A stretch of DNA of 64,000 nucleotides from positions 1-64,000 of the IMG/VR virus record IMGVR_UViG_3300021960_000046; one strand, 5' to 3'. The notes under the pieces were generated by a model, which worked only from the letters and a program-made list of their open reading frames with translations, did no database searches and was not told the origin of the DNA. The stretch's first letter is position 1. The number at the start of each line of letters is the position of its first letter. Source of the stretch: a virus. The position numbers were made by a program, and so were the translations under genes. This document shows, piece after piece, positions 1 through 7,582 of this stretch.

Positions 1-177
1 GTCACCAACTTGTTTTGTAGTTTGGTCAGTAAGAACGGAATTTACCTCAACGGTAGTTACAATTCCGCCGTTAGGTCCTGTGCCACCTACTTGATATTGT
101 TGGTCGTATGCTAGACTATAAGAGGAAAAGCAAAGACAAAATGCCAAGGCCAAAGCCCCAAGCTTTTGTTTCATCAT
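1..177 (-). CDS. 5' part of a secreted/exported hypothetical protein (runs off the window start)
   Basis: Not in ORF track; read manually as (M)MKQKLGALALAFCLCFSSYSLAYDQQYQVGGTGPNGG..., with a signal-peptide-like N-terminus and no stop before position 1; overlaps the 3' end of 116..664. Confidence 0.6.
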   Translation of the reverse strand, partial: MMKQKLGALALAFCLCFSSYSLAYDQQYQVGGTGPNGGIVTTVEVNSVLTDQTTKQVGD

Positions 178-664
178 TCAACTCCTTTTCTTTATCTTCC
201 AACTCATTCTCTTTCAACCATGCTTCGTAGTCTGGTCTCATGTCTGGATTTTCAGCCCAAGCTTTAGCGGCTTCGATACCGATTTTGCCTTTGTAAGGGC
301 AAGGAGTTCCTGCCATTTCCATTGCGTTAAAAACTCTTGCGTCCTGGCAAAGCATAGAAACAGCTGCGACCTTCATTCCCATTCCGTAAAGGGCTCTGGA
401 TAATTTAAGTCGTTCACAATTCAAATCTCTTATTGTAGTACCACCTGCGATACCTAAAATCTGTGTCTGTACTGCGGCTGATACACCTGTAGAACATACA
501 TCCTGATTATTAATCATTACATTTGGAGCATTAGCTGTAGGTGGAGTTTTGTCAACGGTAGTTGTACCTGTAACCGTTGATGATACGGTATTAGTTTCGG
601 CCATTGCGATTGTGCCGAATAATAATACGCTTAAAATTGCTAGTAATGTTGTTATTTTTTGCAT
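116..664 (-). CDS. Exported, C-terminally membrane-anchored Cys-containing hypothetical protein
   Basis: Signal peptide (MQKITTLLAILSVLLFGTIAMA), four Cys, hydrophobic C-terminal tail; late promoter TATAAATA upstream. Confidence 0.7.
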   Translation of the reverse strand: MQKITTLLAILSVLLFGTIAMAETNTVSSTVTGTTTVDKTPPTANAPNVMINNQDVCSTGVSAAVQTQILGIAGGTTIRDLNCERLKLSRALYGMGMKVAAVSMLCQDARVFNAMEMAGTPCPYKGKIGIEAAKAWAENPDMRPDYEAWLKENELEDKEKELNDETKAWGFGLGILSLLFLL

Positions 665-740
665 TGTACCTTGTAACCTGTTAATTAATTTACAAAAAAT
701 TACAAAGTCAATGTGTGATAATAGTTCAGTCCGTCAATAT

Positions 741-748
741 TATTTATA
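741..748 (-). promoter_or_regulatory. T4-type late promoter TATAAATA
   Basis: Exact TATAAATA on the minus strand in the gap upstream of 116..664. Confidence 0.7.
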
Positions 749-752
749 AGTG

Positions 753-1133
753 TTAATCTTTAGTCTGCTCTTCTTTCTCATAATAATCTTTATACTTGTC
801 AATAATATCATTCTGTATCTTCAATTGATTTCTAATACGAGCAAAGTTCTTTGCTATCAATTGATAATCATTGTCTGTTAGACCAAATAATACGGGGTCT
901 AAACCTTGTTCTTCCATTTTCTTAAATACTTCTTCAGCATTTTCAGAGGTCACAATAATCCATTGTATCTTCTCCATTTGTAATGGAGTAGGTTTCTCTA
1001 ATGCTAGAGGCTGTCTTTTAACTTCTTCTTTAAAAATAGAAAGTTCTTTTATAGACGAACAACTAGTAAGGAATATAGTTAGGGTTAGCAAGACTAGGAC
1101 ATTCAGTATTGATTTCTGACTTCTTAGTAGCAT
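753..1133 (-). CDS. Outer-membrane lipoprotein, probable o-spanin (Rz1-like)
   Basis: Lipobox LTSC after a hydrophobic stretch; overlaps the 3' end of the i-spanin-like gene. Confidence 0.7.
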   Translation of the reverse strand: MLLRSQKSILNVLVLLTLTIFLTSCSSIKELSIFKEEVKRQPLALEKPTPLQMEKIQWIIVTSENAEEVFKKMEEQGLDPVLFGLTDNDYQLIAKNFARIRNQLKIQNDIIDKYKDYYEKEEQTKD

Positions 1134-1533
1134 TCTTTTCCTCCTCAGTTAACGGTGACCCACTTGCAATTTCCATACATCTAGCAGCCTTGTCACTAGC
1201 TTTGTTTATAATTCTTTCAATGACCTTACTTTTTTCAATGGCCAATTTACCAACATCTCTATCACCTTTATTAAATCTTTTATCTAATTCATCTAAATCT
1301 TTTTTAAGATTATTAATAAGTTCATTCATTTGTTTATTAGTTTCAAGTATTTGAGCAAAGTCTTTCTTTTGGTTTTCAATTAAAGTCTTTTGTTCGTCAA
1401 TAGCACTCTCCATTTTAATGGCATTTGCCTTTAACATCTCATTGTCTGCCTTTAACTTATAGGTATAGGCCACACCACCTGCAAGGCCTGTAACTATAAT
1501 ACCTACCATTATTAGTTTTGCTGTTCCAAACAT
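1063..1533 (-). CDS. Probable i-spanin (Rz-like)
   Basis: Single N-terminal TM helix, long coiled coil, two C-terminal Cys, overlapping lipoprotein gene. Confidence 0.7.
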   Translation of the reverse strand: MFGTAKLIMVGIIVTGLAGGVAYTYKLKADNEMLKANAIKMESAIDEQKTLIENQKKDFAQILETNKQMNELINNLKKDLDELDKRFNKGDRDVGKLAIEKSKVIERIINKASDKAARCMEIASGSPLTEEEKNATKKSEINTECPSLANPNYIPY

Positions 1534-1796
1534 TATTTGTTCCTCATTCTTTCAACTTCTTTTTTAAGTGTTTCTACTTCGTTCTTTAGCACTTGAATAT
1601 CTGTGTGTCCACGACTAGGTTGTTCTAAATAATTTGCAAAGTTGTTTTTGTTCATCATTGTGTTATGTTCTAATAAATCAAGTCTTTCTTCAATGTGAAA
1701 CACAAAAGCAGCCGCTGAAACAATAGCAATCATTACTACTGCTAATGTTTTCAGCGATACTCTTAATTCTGTTGTTTCATCAATCTTGTGTGCCAT
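1533..1796 (-). CDS. Small single-TM coiled-coil protein
   Basis: TM segment LAVVMIAIVSAAAFVF followed by a coiled coil; abuts the spanin gene. Confidence 0.6.
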   Translation of the reverse strand: MAHKIDETTELRVSLKTLAVVMIAIVSAAAFVFHIEERLDLLEHNTMMNKNNFANYLEQPSRGHTDIQVLKNEVETLKKEVERMRNK

Positions 1797-1797
1797 A

Positions 1798-2481
1798 TTA
1801 CCAAAATTTCATTTTCTTAGCAGTTTTCTTAACTGCATTACCTGTTGCTTTAGCAGCATTTGCTACTGGAGTAACAACCGCTTTAGTTGCGTTTGCAACT
1901 GGTCTTGTATCAATGGTAATACTTGGTTGTAATGTAACACCAACACCTAGTGCTAATTTAACATCTGCACCTACAGTTAGTTTACCATCATCTACGGTTG
2001 CACCGCCACCTACTTTTGCACCAATCTGAGGACCTACTGAAACTTTTGCACCAATTGAGGCATTGTTTCTATCTGAACCGACTGTTGTACTTGCACCCAC
2101 TTCAGCACAAGAACCTGCAATAGCACCTGCGTGTCCTTCAGCACCATTAGTACCTATTGAACCACCTACTCCTACATCTGAATATACTTTTGTACCAGCG
2201 TGTGCTTCTGATTTAATCTTTGTATCACCCATAATAGGTGTTTCATTTTCTATTTTAGAATATGCACCTACTTCAGCGTGAGCGCCAACATTTGCACTTG
2301 CGTTTCCTTTTTCTGCTTTTGCAACTGCACCTGCTTCGGCTTCTGAATATGCACCTGCACTTGCTGTTGAATTTTTATCTAACTTCTTTGAAGTATCAGC
2401 ACTAGCACTTGCGCCAGTTGTTGCTGAAGCTGAATTCTTAGTTGTCTTAGTTTTACTTCCTGCTTCTGTATTTGTTGCCAT
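1798..2481 (-). CDS. Gly/Ala/Val-rich beta-repeat hypothetical protein
   Basis: 227 aa with alternating small/hydrophobic residues (AGAxAEVGA-like units) and a basic amphipathic tail ending KKMKFW. Confidence 0.65.
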   Translation of the reverse strand: MATNTEAGSKTKTTKNSASATTGASASADTSKKLDKNSTASAGAYSEAEAGAVAKAEKGNASANVGAHAEVGAYSKIENETPIMGDTKIKSEAHAGTKVYSDVGVGGSIGTNGAEGHAGAIAGSCAEVGASTTVGSDRNNASIGAKVSVGPQIGAKVGGGATVDDGKLTVGADVKLALGVGVTLQPSITIDTRPVANATKAVVTPVANAAKATGNAVKKTAKKMKFW

Positions 2482-2482
2482 T

Positions 2483-3064
2483 TTAATCCTCTATCTTTGC
2501 GTCAACTTTTCTGTGTTTATTCCATGCTAAAAATCCACCTATTCTTAATGCCCAATAAGCAAGGTAATTTAAAAAATGAAATCCGTTTATTTCTATGTTT
2601 ATATCTCTAAAAATTTTATCTGCCTCTTTTTGATTTAATACTAATAGAGGTCCATCTTTTCTAGGTTTTAAACAAGCATACTTATAAGCATAATCGTGTA
2701 TCAAACCACCAATTAATAATACACCAACTGGTGATAAAAAGGTTGCTAAGAATTTAGGTACACTTGCACCATCAAATTCAAAACCTTTTGGTATCACATA
2801 CTTTTGTCCTCTTATTTTGTAATTAAAGTTTTGTGTAATTCTCCACTTTCTTGTTCCTAATAACCACATTAAGATTGCACCCCAAAAACCTTTATCTTTG
2901 GTAGCAATTCTAATTGGTTGCATATGTGGATAATCTTCGTATTCAAAATCAATTCTTTTACCTGAAAACTTATCAAATAAATTTGCTATAAATCCTATAA
3001 GTATTAATGCGATTACTATTGTCCATTGCCAAAAACTAATCGCTAACTCGTAAATTATTTCCAT
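2483..3064 (-). CDS. DUF1353-family protein with N-terminal TM helix
   Basis: Motifs VIPKGFEFDGASVP, IHDYAY and EADKIF typical of DUF1353. Confidence 0.75.
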   Translation of the reverse strand: MEIIYELAISFWQWTIVIALILIGFIANLFDKFSGKRIDFEYEDYPHMQPIRIATKDKGFWGAILMWLLGTRKWRITQNFNYKIRGQKYVIPKGFEFDGASVPKFLATFLSPVGVLLIGGLIHDYAYKYACLKPRKDGPLLVLNQKEADKIFRDINIEINGFHFLNYLAYWALRIGGFLAWNKHRKVDAKIED

Positions 3065-3065
3065 T

Positions 3066-3644
3066 TTACTCCTTAATTACTCCTTTTTCAATCATGTAAT
3101 TATATAGTGGAGTTTCTTTTATTGTTTCTTCTTTGACCATTTTAACTAATTTCCTAGGGTCAATATCGTGGAATGTTTGTGCTACAGCAGCCGCATAATA
3201 ACCAATATCGTGTCTTAATGGTAAACCTTCTCTTGCTCGTTCTACTTCTTTTCTATCAATGACATCTTGTAAAACTTTGGCTGCATATTCATATCTTTGT
3301 TTAGTAGTTGCCATTCTCTTTAATTTGTCATAGATACCTTTTGCAAATCTTTGAGCGGCCTTCTTAACATCTTGTAAAGATAGTTCTTCTAATTCTTCTT
3401 CTTTTAAATTTTTTTCGTTATCTGACCTAAAATCAGGTTTAATTGCTGGCGTTTTAATCTTTAATTTTCTGGAATGTTTGTCGTTAGGATTCTTATCGTT
3501 TGCTGTAAGACCCATTGCTCGACTATCTCTACCACCTTGACCTTTTGGTGGTGTATCACCTAAACTTGCCATTGGTTGCATACTATCTAAACCACCTACT
3601 CTGATAGTGGATAGACCTAAATATTCCTTAAAAGATTTAGCCAT
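3066..3644 (-). CDS. Probable internal head protein (start revised to MAKSFKEYLG)
   Basis: ATG at 3644 overlaps the stop region of the upstream gene; CTS-like N-terminus and several L/V/I-x-E sites. Confidence 0.6.
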   Translation of the reverse strand: MAKSFKEYLGLSTIRVGGLDSMQPMASLGDTPPKGQGGRDSRAMGLTANDKNPNDKHSRKLKIKTPAIKPDFRSDNEKNLKEEELEELSLQDVKKAAQRFAKGIYDKLKRMATTKQRYEYAAKVLQDVIDRKEVERAREGLPLRHDIGYYAAAVAQTFHDIDPRKLVKMVKEETIKETPLYNYMIEKGVIKE

Positions 3645-3966
3645 TATATTTCTCTTTGAATGTCTTATATTCTTTTTCTTCTTCGAAAACAATTGTGTTA
3701 TCAATTTTATTATATTGGTCACTAAGTTTTTCAATCTTATCAATGTTATCTAATACAGATTTTAAAGTAACATTATTATTGTCATTGTTTTCTTTAATCT
3801 TTTCACCTAATCTTTTCATAGGTTCTTTATTTTTTGTTAGAATGGTTTTCTTACCAGTTGGATTCATGTCAACACCACCACCTGCAACTGCATTGGCTGG
3901 TGCGTCTTCTTCTACAGGAATCTTATTGATAATTTCATCCATCATTTCTTTATAATGTTTTGGCAT
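3637..3966 (-). CDS. Hypothetical protein, probably head-associated (start revised to MPKHYKE)
   Basis: Contains VEE-DAPANAVAGGGV, a motif type seen in T4-like processed head proteins. Confidence 0.55.
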   Translation of the reverse strand: MPKHYKEMMDEIINKIPVEEDAPANAVAGGGVDMNPTGKKTILTKNKEPMKRLGEKIKENNDNNNVTLKSVLDNIDKIEKLSDQYNKIDNTIVFEEEKEYKTFKEKYNG

Positions 3967-4423
3967 AATCGTACTCCGAAACCAGTTCTCCGTCAACTTC
4001 GTATATGTCCACACCGAAGCATGTCATATAAGGTTCTGCGTTAATCTCTGGTATTTCTCTACTTTCGTTTAAAATATCATCATACAAATTCTGTTCTTTC
4101 AAATATGTTATAACTGCGGCCTCTATGGTATCTTTATGTTGTAGATAGGTTTTGTCTTCTTTGATAAGCATTGCTAATGCAACACCGAATGTACCTAACT
4201 TACTGCCAAGACCTACTTTTGCAAGTATTCTTTTCATGTTAAAAACAAATCTATGTAAGTATGTATAGTGGACTTTATCGTTTCTAGGAACATCATTAAA
4301 CTTAATTAAGTTCTTACCATCAGCGTCAATAATACCTCTTTCATATGCCTTTGTTTTATTAAAAGGCGTAACAAGAAGTTTAATAACTCTGTATGTAATT
4401 AAAAAATCAATTGCTCTACTCAT
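3950..4423 (-). CDS. Conserved T4-like hypothetical protein
   Basis: TYRVIKLLVTPF...AYERGIIDADG motif recognised from marine T4-like phages. Confidence 0.65.
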   Translation of the reverse strand: MSRAIDFLITYRVIKLLVTPFNKTKAYERGIIDADGKNLIKFNDVPRNDKVHYTYLHRFVFNMKRILAKVGLGSKLGTFGVALAMLIKEDKTYLQHKDTIEAAVITYLKEQNLYDDILNESREIPEINAEPYMTCFGVDIYEVDGELVSEYDYAKTL

Positions 4424-4782
4424 AACTCGTTTAAATATCCCTTAATTAATTCATCTTCAGGTATCTCATTTAGTTCATTCGGGTACAAGTACCCTAAGAA
4501 ATTAAAGATAGGTTTTAATAACGGCCAATATTCTTTATCAACTTTGAATAATAAAAGTGTTATACAACCTTCTACACCAAAGACATTTTGTAGAACAATA
4601 ATATGATTGATAACAAGCCTTAACTTAATATCGCCTGTGACTTTATATCTTCTAAACAATCGTTTAAGATATTTAAATCTTTTAATATCATCATAAAATT
4701 CTTCCTCTTTTTCAAGCGTTGGGTTATCATACATCTTTTGTGCATATAATAACCAATTATCCCTGGTAATTTCTTTAAACAT
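4420..4782 (-). CDS. Conserved marine T4-like hypothetical protein
   Basis: YDNP...EEFYDDIKRFKYLKRL...NHIIVLQNVFG motif common in T4-like cyano/pelagiphages. Confidence 0.7.
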   Translation of the reverse strand: MFKEITRDNWLLYAQKMYDNPTLEKEEEFYDDIKRFKYLKRLFRRYKVTGDIKLRLVINHIIVLQNVFGVEGCITLLLFKVDKEYWPLLKPIFNFLGYLYPNELNEIPEDELIKGYLNEL

Positions 4783-4802
4783 AATCTAGCTAAATTGTCC
4801 TA

Positions 4803-5231
4803 TTAAACTAATTTAGCGTAGACCTTGCAAGTACCTGATGTTAATGTTTCGTATTTAACCTCTAATTTAAGGCCACCTTCTTTTCTATGTGAAATACCAT
4901 CATCATTAATATCAGAACCGTCAATGTCCTTGCCAAATCTTCCACCGAATTGTACCACTTCAGCTCTAACCGTACCGTTGTCGCCTTCAATGTCGACCTC
5001 AGAAACCGTTAAGCCAATGTTTTTCAATTTCTCTCTCAATTGGTCTACAGCCGCTTGAGGGTTTAAATATTCTCTCTCTGCAACCGAACCAACGAAAGCA
5101 TTTACTTTTTTAAGAACATCAGCGTCTTGTATGTTGTGTAAACCTACTGCACCATCTTCGATATCGTTAGTAGCAGTTGTTCCAACACCAATAGTCTGAC
5201 CCTCTTTAATGTGTTGTTTAAATGTTTTCAT
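4803..5231 (-). CDS. Probable internal head protein with CTS-like N-terminus
   Basis: Starts MKTFKQHIKE, close to the T4 internal-protein capsid targeting sequence MKTYQEFIAE. Confidence 0.65.
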   Translation of the reverse strand: MKTFKQHIKEGQTIGVGTTATNDIEDGAVGLHNIQDADVLKKVNAFVGSVAEREYLNPQAAVDQLREKLKNIGLTVSEVDIEGDNGTVRAEVVQFGGRFGKDIDGSDINDDGISHRKEGGLKLEVKYETLTSGTCKVYAKLV

Positions 5232-5367
5232 TTGCTTCCTCTTTTTCTTTATTAGTTTCTTCTACCTTCTTTTCATCCTTTTTTTCTTTACTAGGATGTG
5301 TAGGTAAAACATCTTCTTCAAAATCATCCATACTTTTTTCTTTACTAAATGTTTTAAAGTTTTTCAT
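5218..5367 (-). CDS. 49-aa charged peptide with CTS-like N-terminus (not in ORF track)
   Basis: MKNFKTFSKEKSMDDFEEDVLPTHPSKEKKDEKKVEETNKEKEEANENI; CAGGAG RBS upstream; bridges the gap between neighbours with short overlaps. Confidence 0.65.
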   Translation of the reverse strand: MKNFKTFSKEKSMDDFEEDVLPTHPSKEKKDEKKVEETNKEKEEANENI

Positions 5368-5551
5368 TATCGTTCTCCTGAAGAGCACCAATTAATTTAT
5401 CTGTTTGTTGGATTGCACCATGAATAGCATTTAAATTCGCTCTCATACTACCTAAGTCCATCTCTAATTTTTTAATCTGTGCGTTCAAGTTATCAAACTC
5501 TTTTTTCAAAACTACTCTTTCATTCTGTAAATATTCACCATCAATTGTCAT
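5354..5551 (-). CDS. Small coiled-coil hypothetical protein
   Basis: 65-aa ORF, AGGAG RBS, heptad pattern. Confidence 0.65.
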   Translation of the reverse strand: MTIDGEYLQNERVVLKKEFDNLNAQIKKLEMDLGSMRANLNAIHGAIQQTDKLIGALQENDNEKL

Positions 5552-5566
5552 TACAATCTCCTATAA

Positions 5567-6028
5567 TTAAACGGTTGTATAACCATGACCAGCAATAATA
5601 TTCCATGCTGAGTTTTTATACATCAAAGTTACGGTCTCACCTGGAGCATTTAATACTACCGAAGTATGGCCTCTTAAATTTGCAGGTGTAATTGTTACTG
5701 CGTTTGTATTTGCACTTGAAATATTAAGAACGGTTTTAATTTGTCCGTTACTACCATTTGCAAGTGTACAAGGTGCAGCCGCTGTTGTAGCATTTACTTC
5801 TGTGATTGCTGAAGTAATGTCAATAGCTGAAACGGTTGAACCGTCACCTGTAATTGCTTGTGAAGATTGTTTTAAACCAATAAAAGTTGGAATGTTATTG
5901 AATACATCTTCTGCTTTAACTGATTTGTTGATTGGTGTTCCTGTAGGGTCATCTACTACATGGAATAAATCAACGGATTCTAAGGCGTCACCTAAGTCCG
6001 TTAATTGCGTGATTTTCTTATCTGCCAT
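5567..6028 (-). CDS. Probable virion structural protein
   Basis: MADKKITQL N-terminus and Thr/Ala/Asn-rich beta composition typical of phage fibre/decoration proteins; CAGGAG RBS. Confidence 0.55.
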   Translation of the reverse strand: MADKKITQLTDLGDALESVDLFHVVDDPTGTPINKSVKAEDVFNNIPTFIGLKQSSQAITGDGSTVSAIDITSAITEVNATTAAAPCTLANGSNGQIKTVLNISSANTNAVTITPANLRGHTSVVLNAPGETVTLMYKNSAWNIIAGHGYTTV

Positions 6029-6095
6029 TTTTTTCTCCTGTAAACCCCTTAATGGGGAATTCTACTGACGGTATTTTCCGTCATCATTAATAATA

Positions 6096-6125
6096 TATAG
6101 GCGACCTCTAGGAGGCCGCCCATAT
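6096..6125 (-). terminator. GC-rich hairpin, probable intrinsic terminator or processing stem
   Basis: GGCGGCCUC-CUA-GAGGUCGCC stem followed by UA-rich sequence just after 6136..6417. Confidence 0.5.
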
Positions 6126-6135
6126 GGTTTTAGTA

Positions 6136-6417
6136 TTAGTAACCTGACATACAAACTAGTGTTTCGTATTGGTCTCTGCTTGCTCTGCCGCCAGAGCCAG
6201 TAGTTTTCAATACCCAACCAGTATGTGCAATTTTACCAGATTGTGTTTCTGTGTCATCATAGTTGAATAAACCATGTGTTGCACCTGCAATAAATGTATC
6301 CGCAGTTGCGTTTTCAAACAATGATGTTCTGTTAGAGGTACTAGCCTCCACTTTAAGCTGTTGAGCCGCCCATAAAGGTGCGCCTGAAGCAGCGTCTGTA
6401 ATTGACCAACTTGACAT
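6136..6417 (-). CDS. Late hypothetical, probably virion protein
   Basis: HTGWV...GR...ETLV motif seen in T4-like small structural proteins; GGGAGAG RBS; late promoter at 6473..6480. Confidence 0.6.
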   Translation of the reverse strand: MSSWSITDAASGAPLWAAQQLKVEASTSNRTSLFENATADTFIAGATHGLFNYDDTETQSGKIAHTGWVLKTTGSGGRASRDQYETLVCMSGY

Positions 6418-6472
6418 ATTATTCTCTCCCTTTTAAGTTAAATAGGTACTCACATTATTAATATCGTACCAT

Positions 6473-6480
6473 TATTTATA
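6473..6480 (-). promoter_or_regulatory. T4-type late promoter TATAAATA
   Basis: Exact motif in intergenic DNA. Confidence 0.7.
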
Positions 6481-6500
6481 AGGAAAAGATTAGGAAGGAG

Positions 6501-6995
6501 TTAAAAACCGAGTTTTTTCAACTCGGCGATAACTTGTGAAGCAGATTTGAATGTGATACCGATACCACCTCGAGCAGTAAACTCAGCGGTGTTCTTATCG
6601 TAATCATCAATTAGGATAGCAGGTTCGTTACCTACTTTAGCGTAGTCTTTCTTTTGACTTCTCATTACTAAGTTAATCTTACTTGCTGGTATACCAGCCT
6701 TAGACATTGCCCATTTCTTTTTGCCTGGAATGCAATTAGGATCATGTGCATGTTCTACATAAGCACTTAGAATGTGTGGATTATACTTCTTAACAAAGCT
6801 TAGAAGTTTCTTACCCTCGTTGTTCCAAGGAGCAGTAGACCAAAAGTCTTTTCTAGCAATGACTGGATCCCAACGCTTTCGTCTGTCGAGTTTCATCCAA
6901 TCTTCGATAGGCATTTTGATAGTATCTACCAATTGTTTCTCAAAGTCAACAAGGACACCATCCATGTCAAGGTATATTCTAGGTAAATTTTTCAT
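6501..6995 (-). CDS. HAD-family 5'(3')-deoxyribonucleotidase (NT5C-like)
   Basis: YLDMDGVLVDF motif I, ILSA, K, LIDD motif IV. Confidence 0.85.
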   Translation of the reverse strand: MKNLPRIYLDMDGVLVDFEKQLVDTIKMPIEDWMKLDRRKRWDPVIARKDFWSTAPWNNEGKKLLSFVKKYNPHILSAYVEHAHDPNCIPGKKKWAMSKAGIPASKINLVMRSQKKDYAKVGNEPAILIDDYDKNTAEFTARGGIGITFKSASQVIAELKKLGF

Positions 6996-6999
6996 TAGT

Positions 7000-7106
7000 G
7001 TGTATGTCCTTTCATATTATGTGGATATAATAACACATAAAGGACCATTTGGCAACAGCTAATTTCACTTTTTTTTCAATAAAAAACCGTTATAAATCAA
7101 CGATTT
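7000..7106 (-). promoter_or_regulatory. Early (sigma70) promoter cassette: hairpin/U-tract, A-tract UP element, TTGCCA-17-TATTAT, leader
   Basis: -35 at 7050..7055, -10 at 7027..7032; 19-nt leader identical to 35892..35910. Confidence 0.75.
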
Positions 7107-7108
7107 CT

Positions 7109-7582
7109 TTACTTATTGTAGTTAATTTTAGGCTCAGTTTCGACTTCGGTCGCTTTTGAACCTGTATCCGCTACCTTTTTCTTAGCTAATTGCTCTGATT
7201 CCTTCTTCTCTTCTGGAGTTTCGTCAGCTGCTTGACTAGCAGTTGCTTCTTGCCACATCTTTAAGATGGTTTCTTTTACAGAAATAGGTTTCACAACCTC
7301 TTTCTCACCACCTTTATCTAGTTGAGATTGGTTCTGAACCTTTCTTAAAGACATATGAGTTTCGTCTAAGCTTTCTTTAGTCATTTCATTTTTTGCTTTA
7401 TGCATTTTATCAAGTTTGTTAAAGAACGCTGTCTTCTCAACACTTGACATTGCACCGATACCTTTACCTGCTTTTTCTAATTCTTTTTTAAACATATCTT
7501 GGTAAGCACTATCATTGATATTCTTTGTCATACCTTTGACGATTTCTTCCAAGCTACCTGGTTTGTTTGTAAGATAACTCAT
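7109..7582 (-). CDS. Charged hypothetical protein, probable head core/internal protein
   Basis: Lys/Glu-rich with LDE/VKE-type sites; follows the 601-aa modular protein. Confidence 0.55.
   Translation of the reverse strand: MSYLTNKPGSLEEIVKGMTKNINDSAYQDMFKKELEKAGKGIGAMSSVEKTAFFNKLDKMHKAKNEMTKESLDETHMSLRKVQNQSQLDKGGEKEVVKPISVKETILKMWQEATASQAADETPEEKKESEQLAKKKVADTGSKATEVETEPKINYNK

Noticed and set aside
3645-3743. Extended N-termini given by the ORF track for 3066..3743, 3637..4014, 32930..33238 and 47155..47673
   Set aside because: The extensions overlap upstream genes, terminators or promoters; downstream ATGs have better RBS or coupling context.
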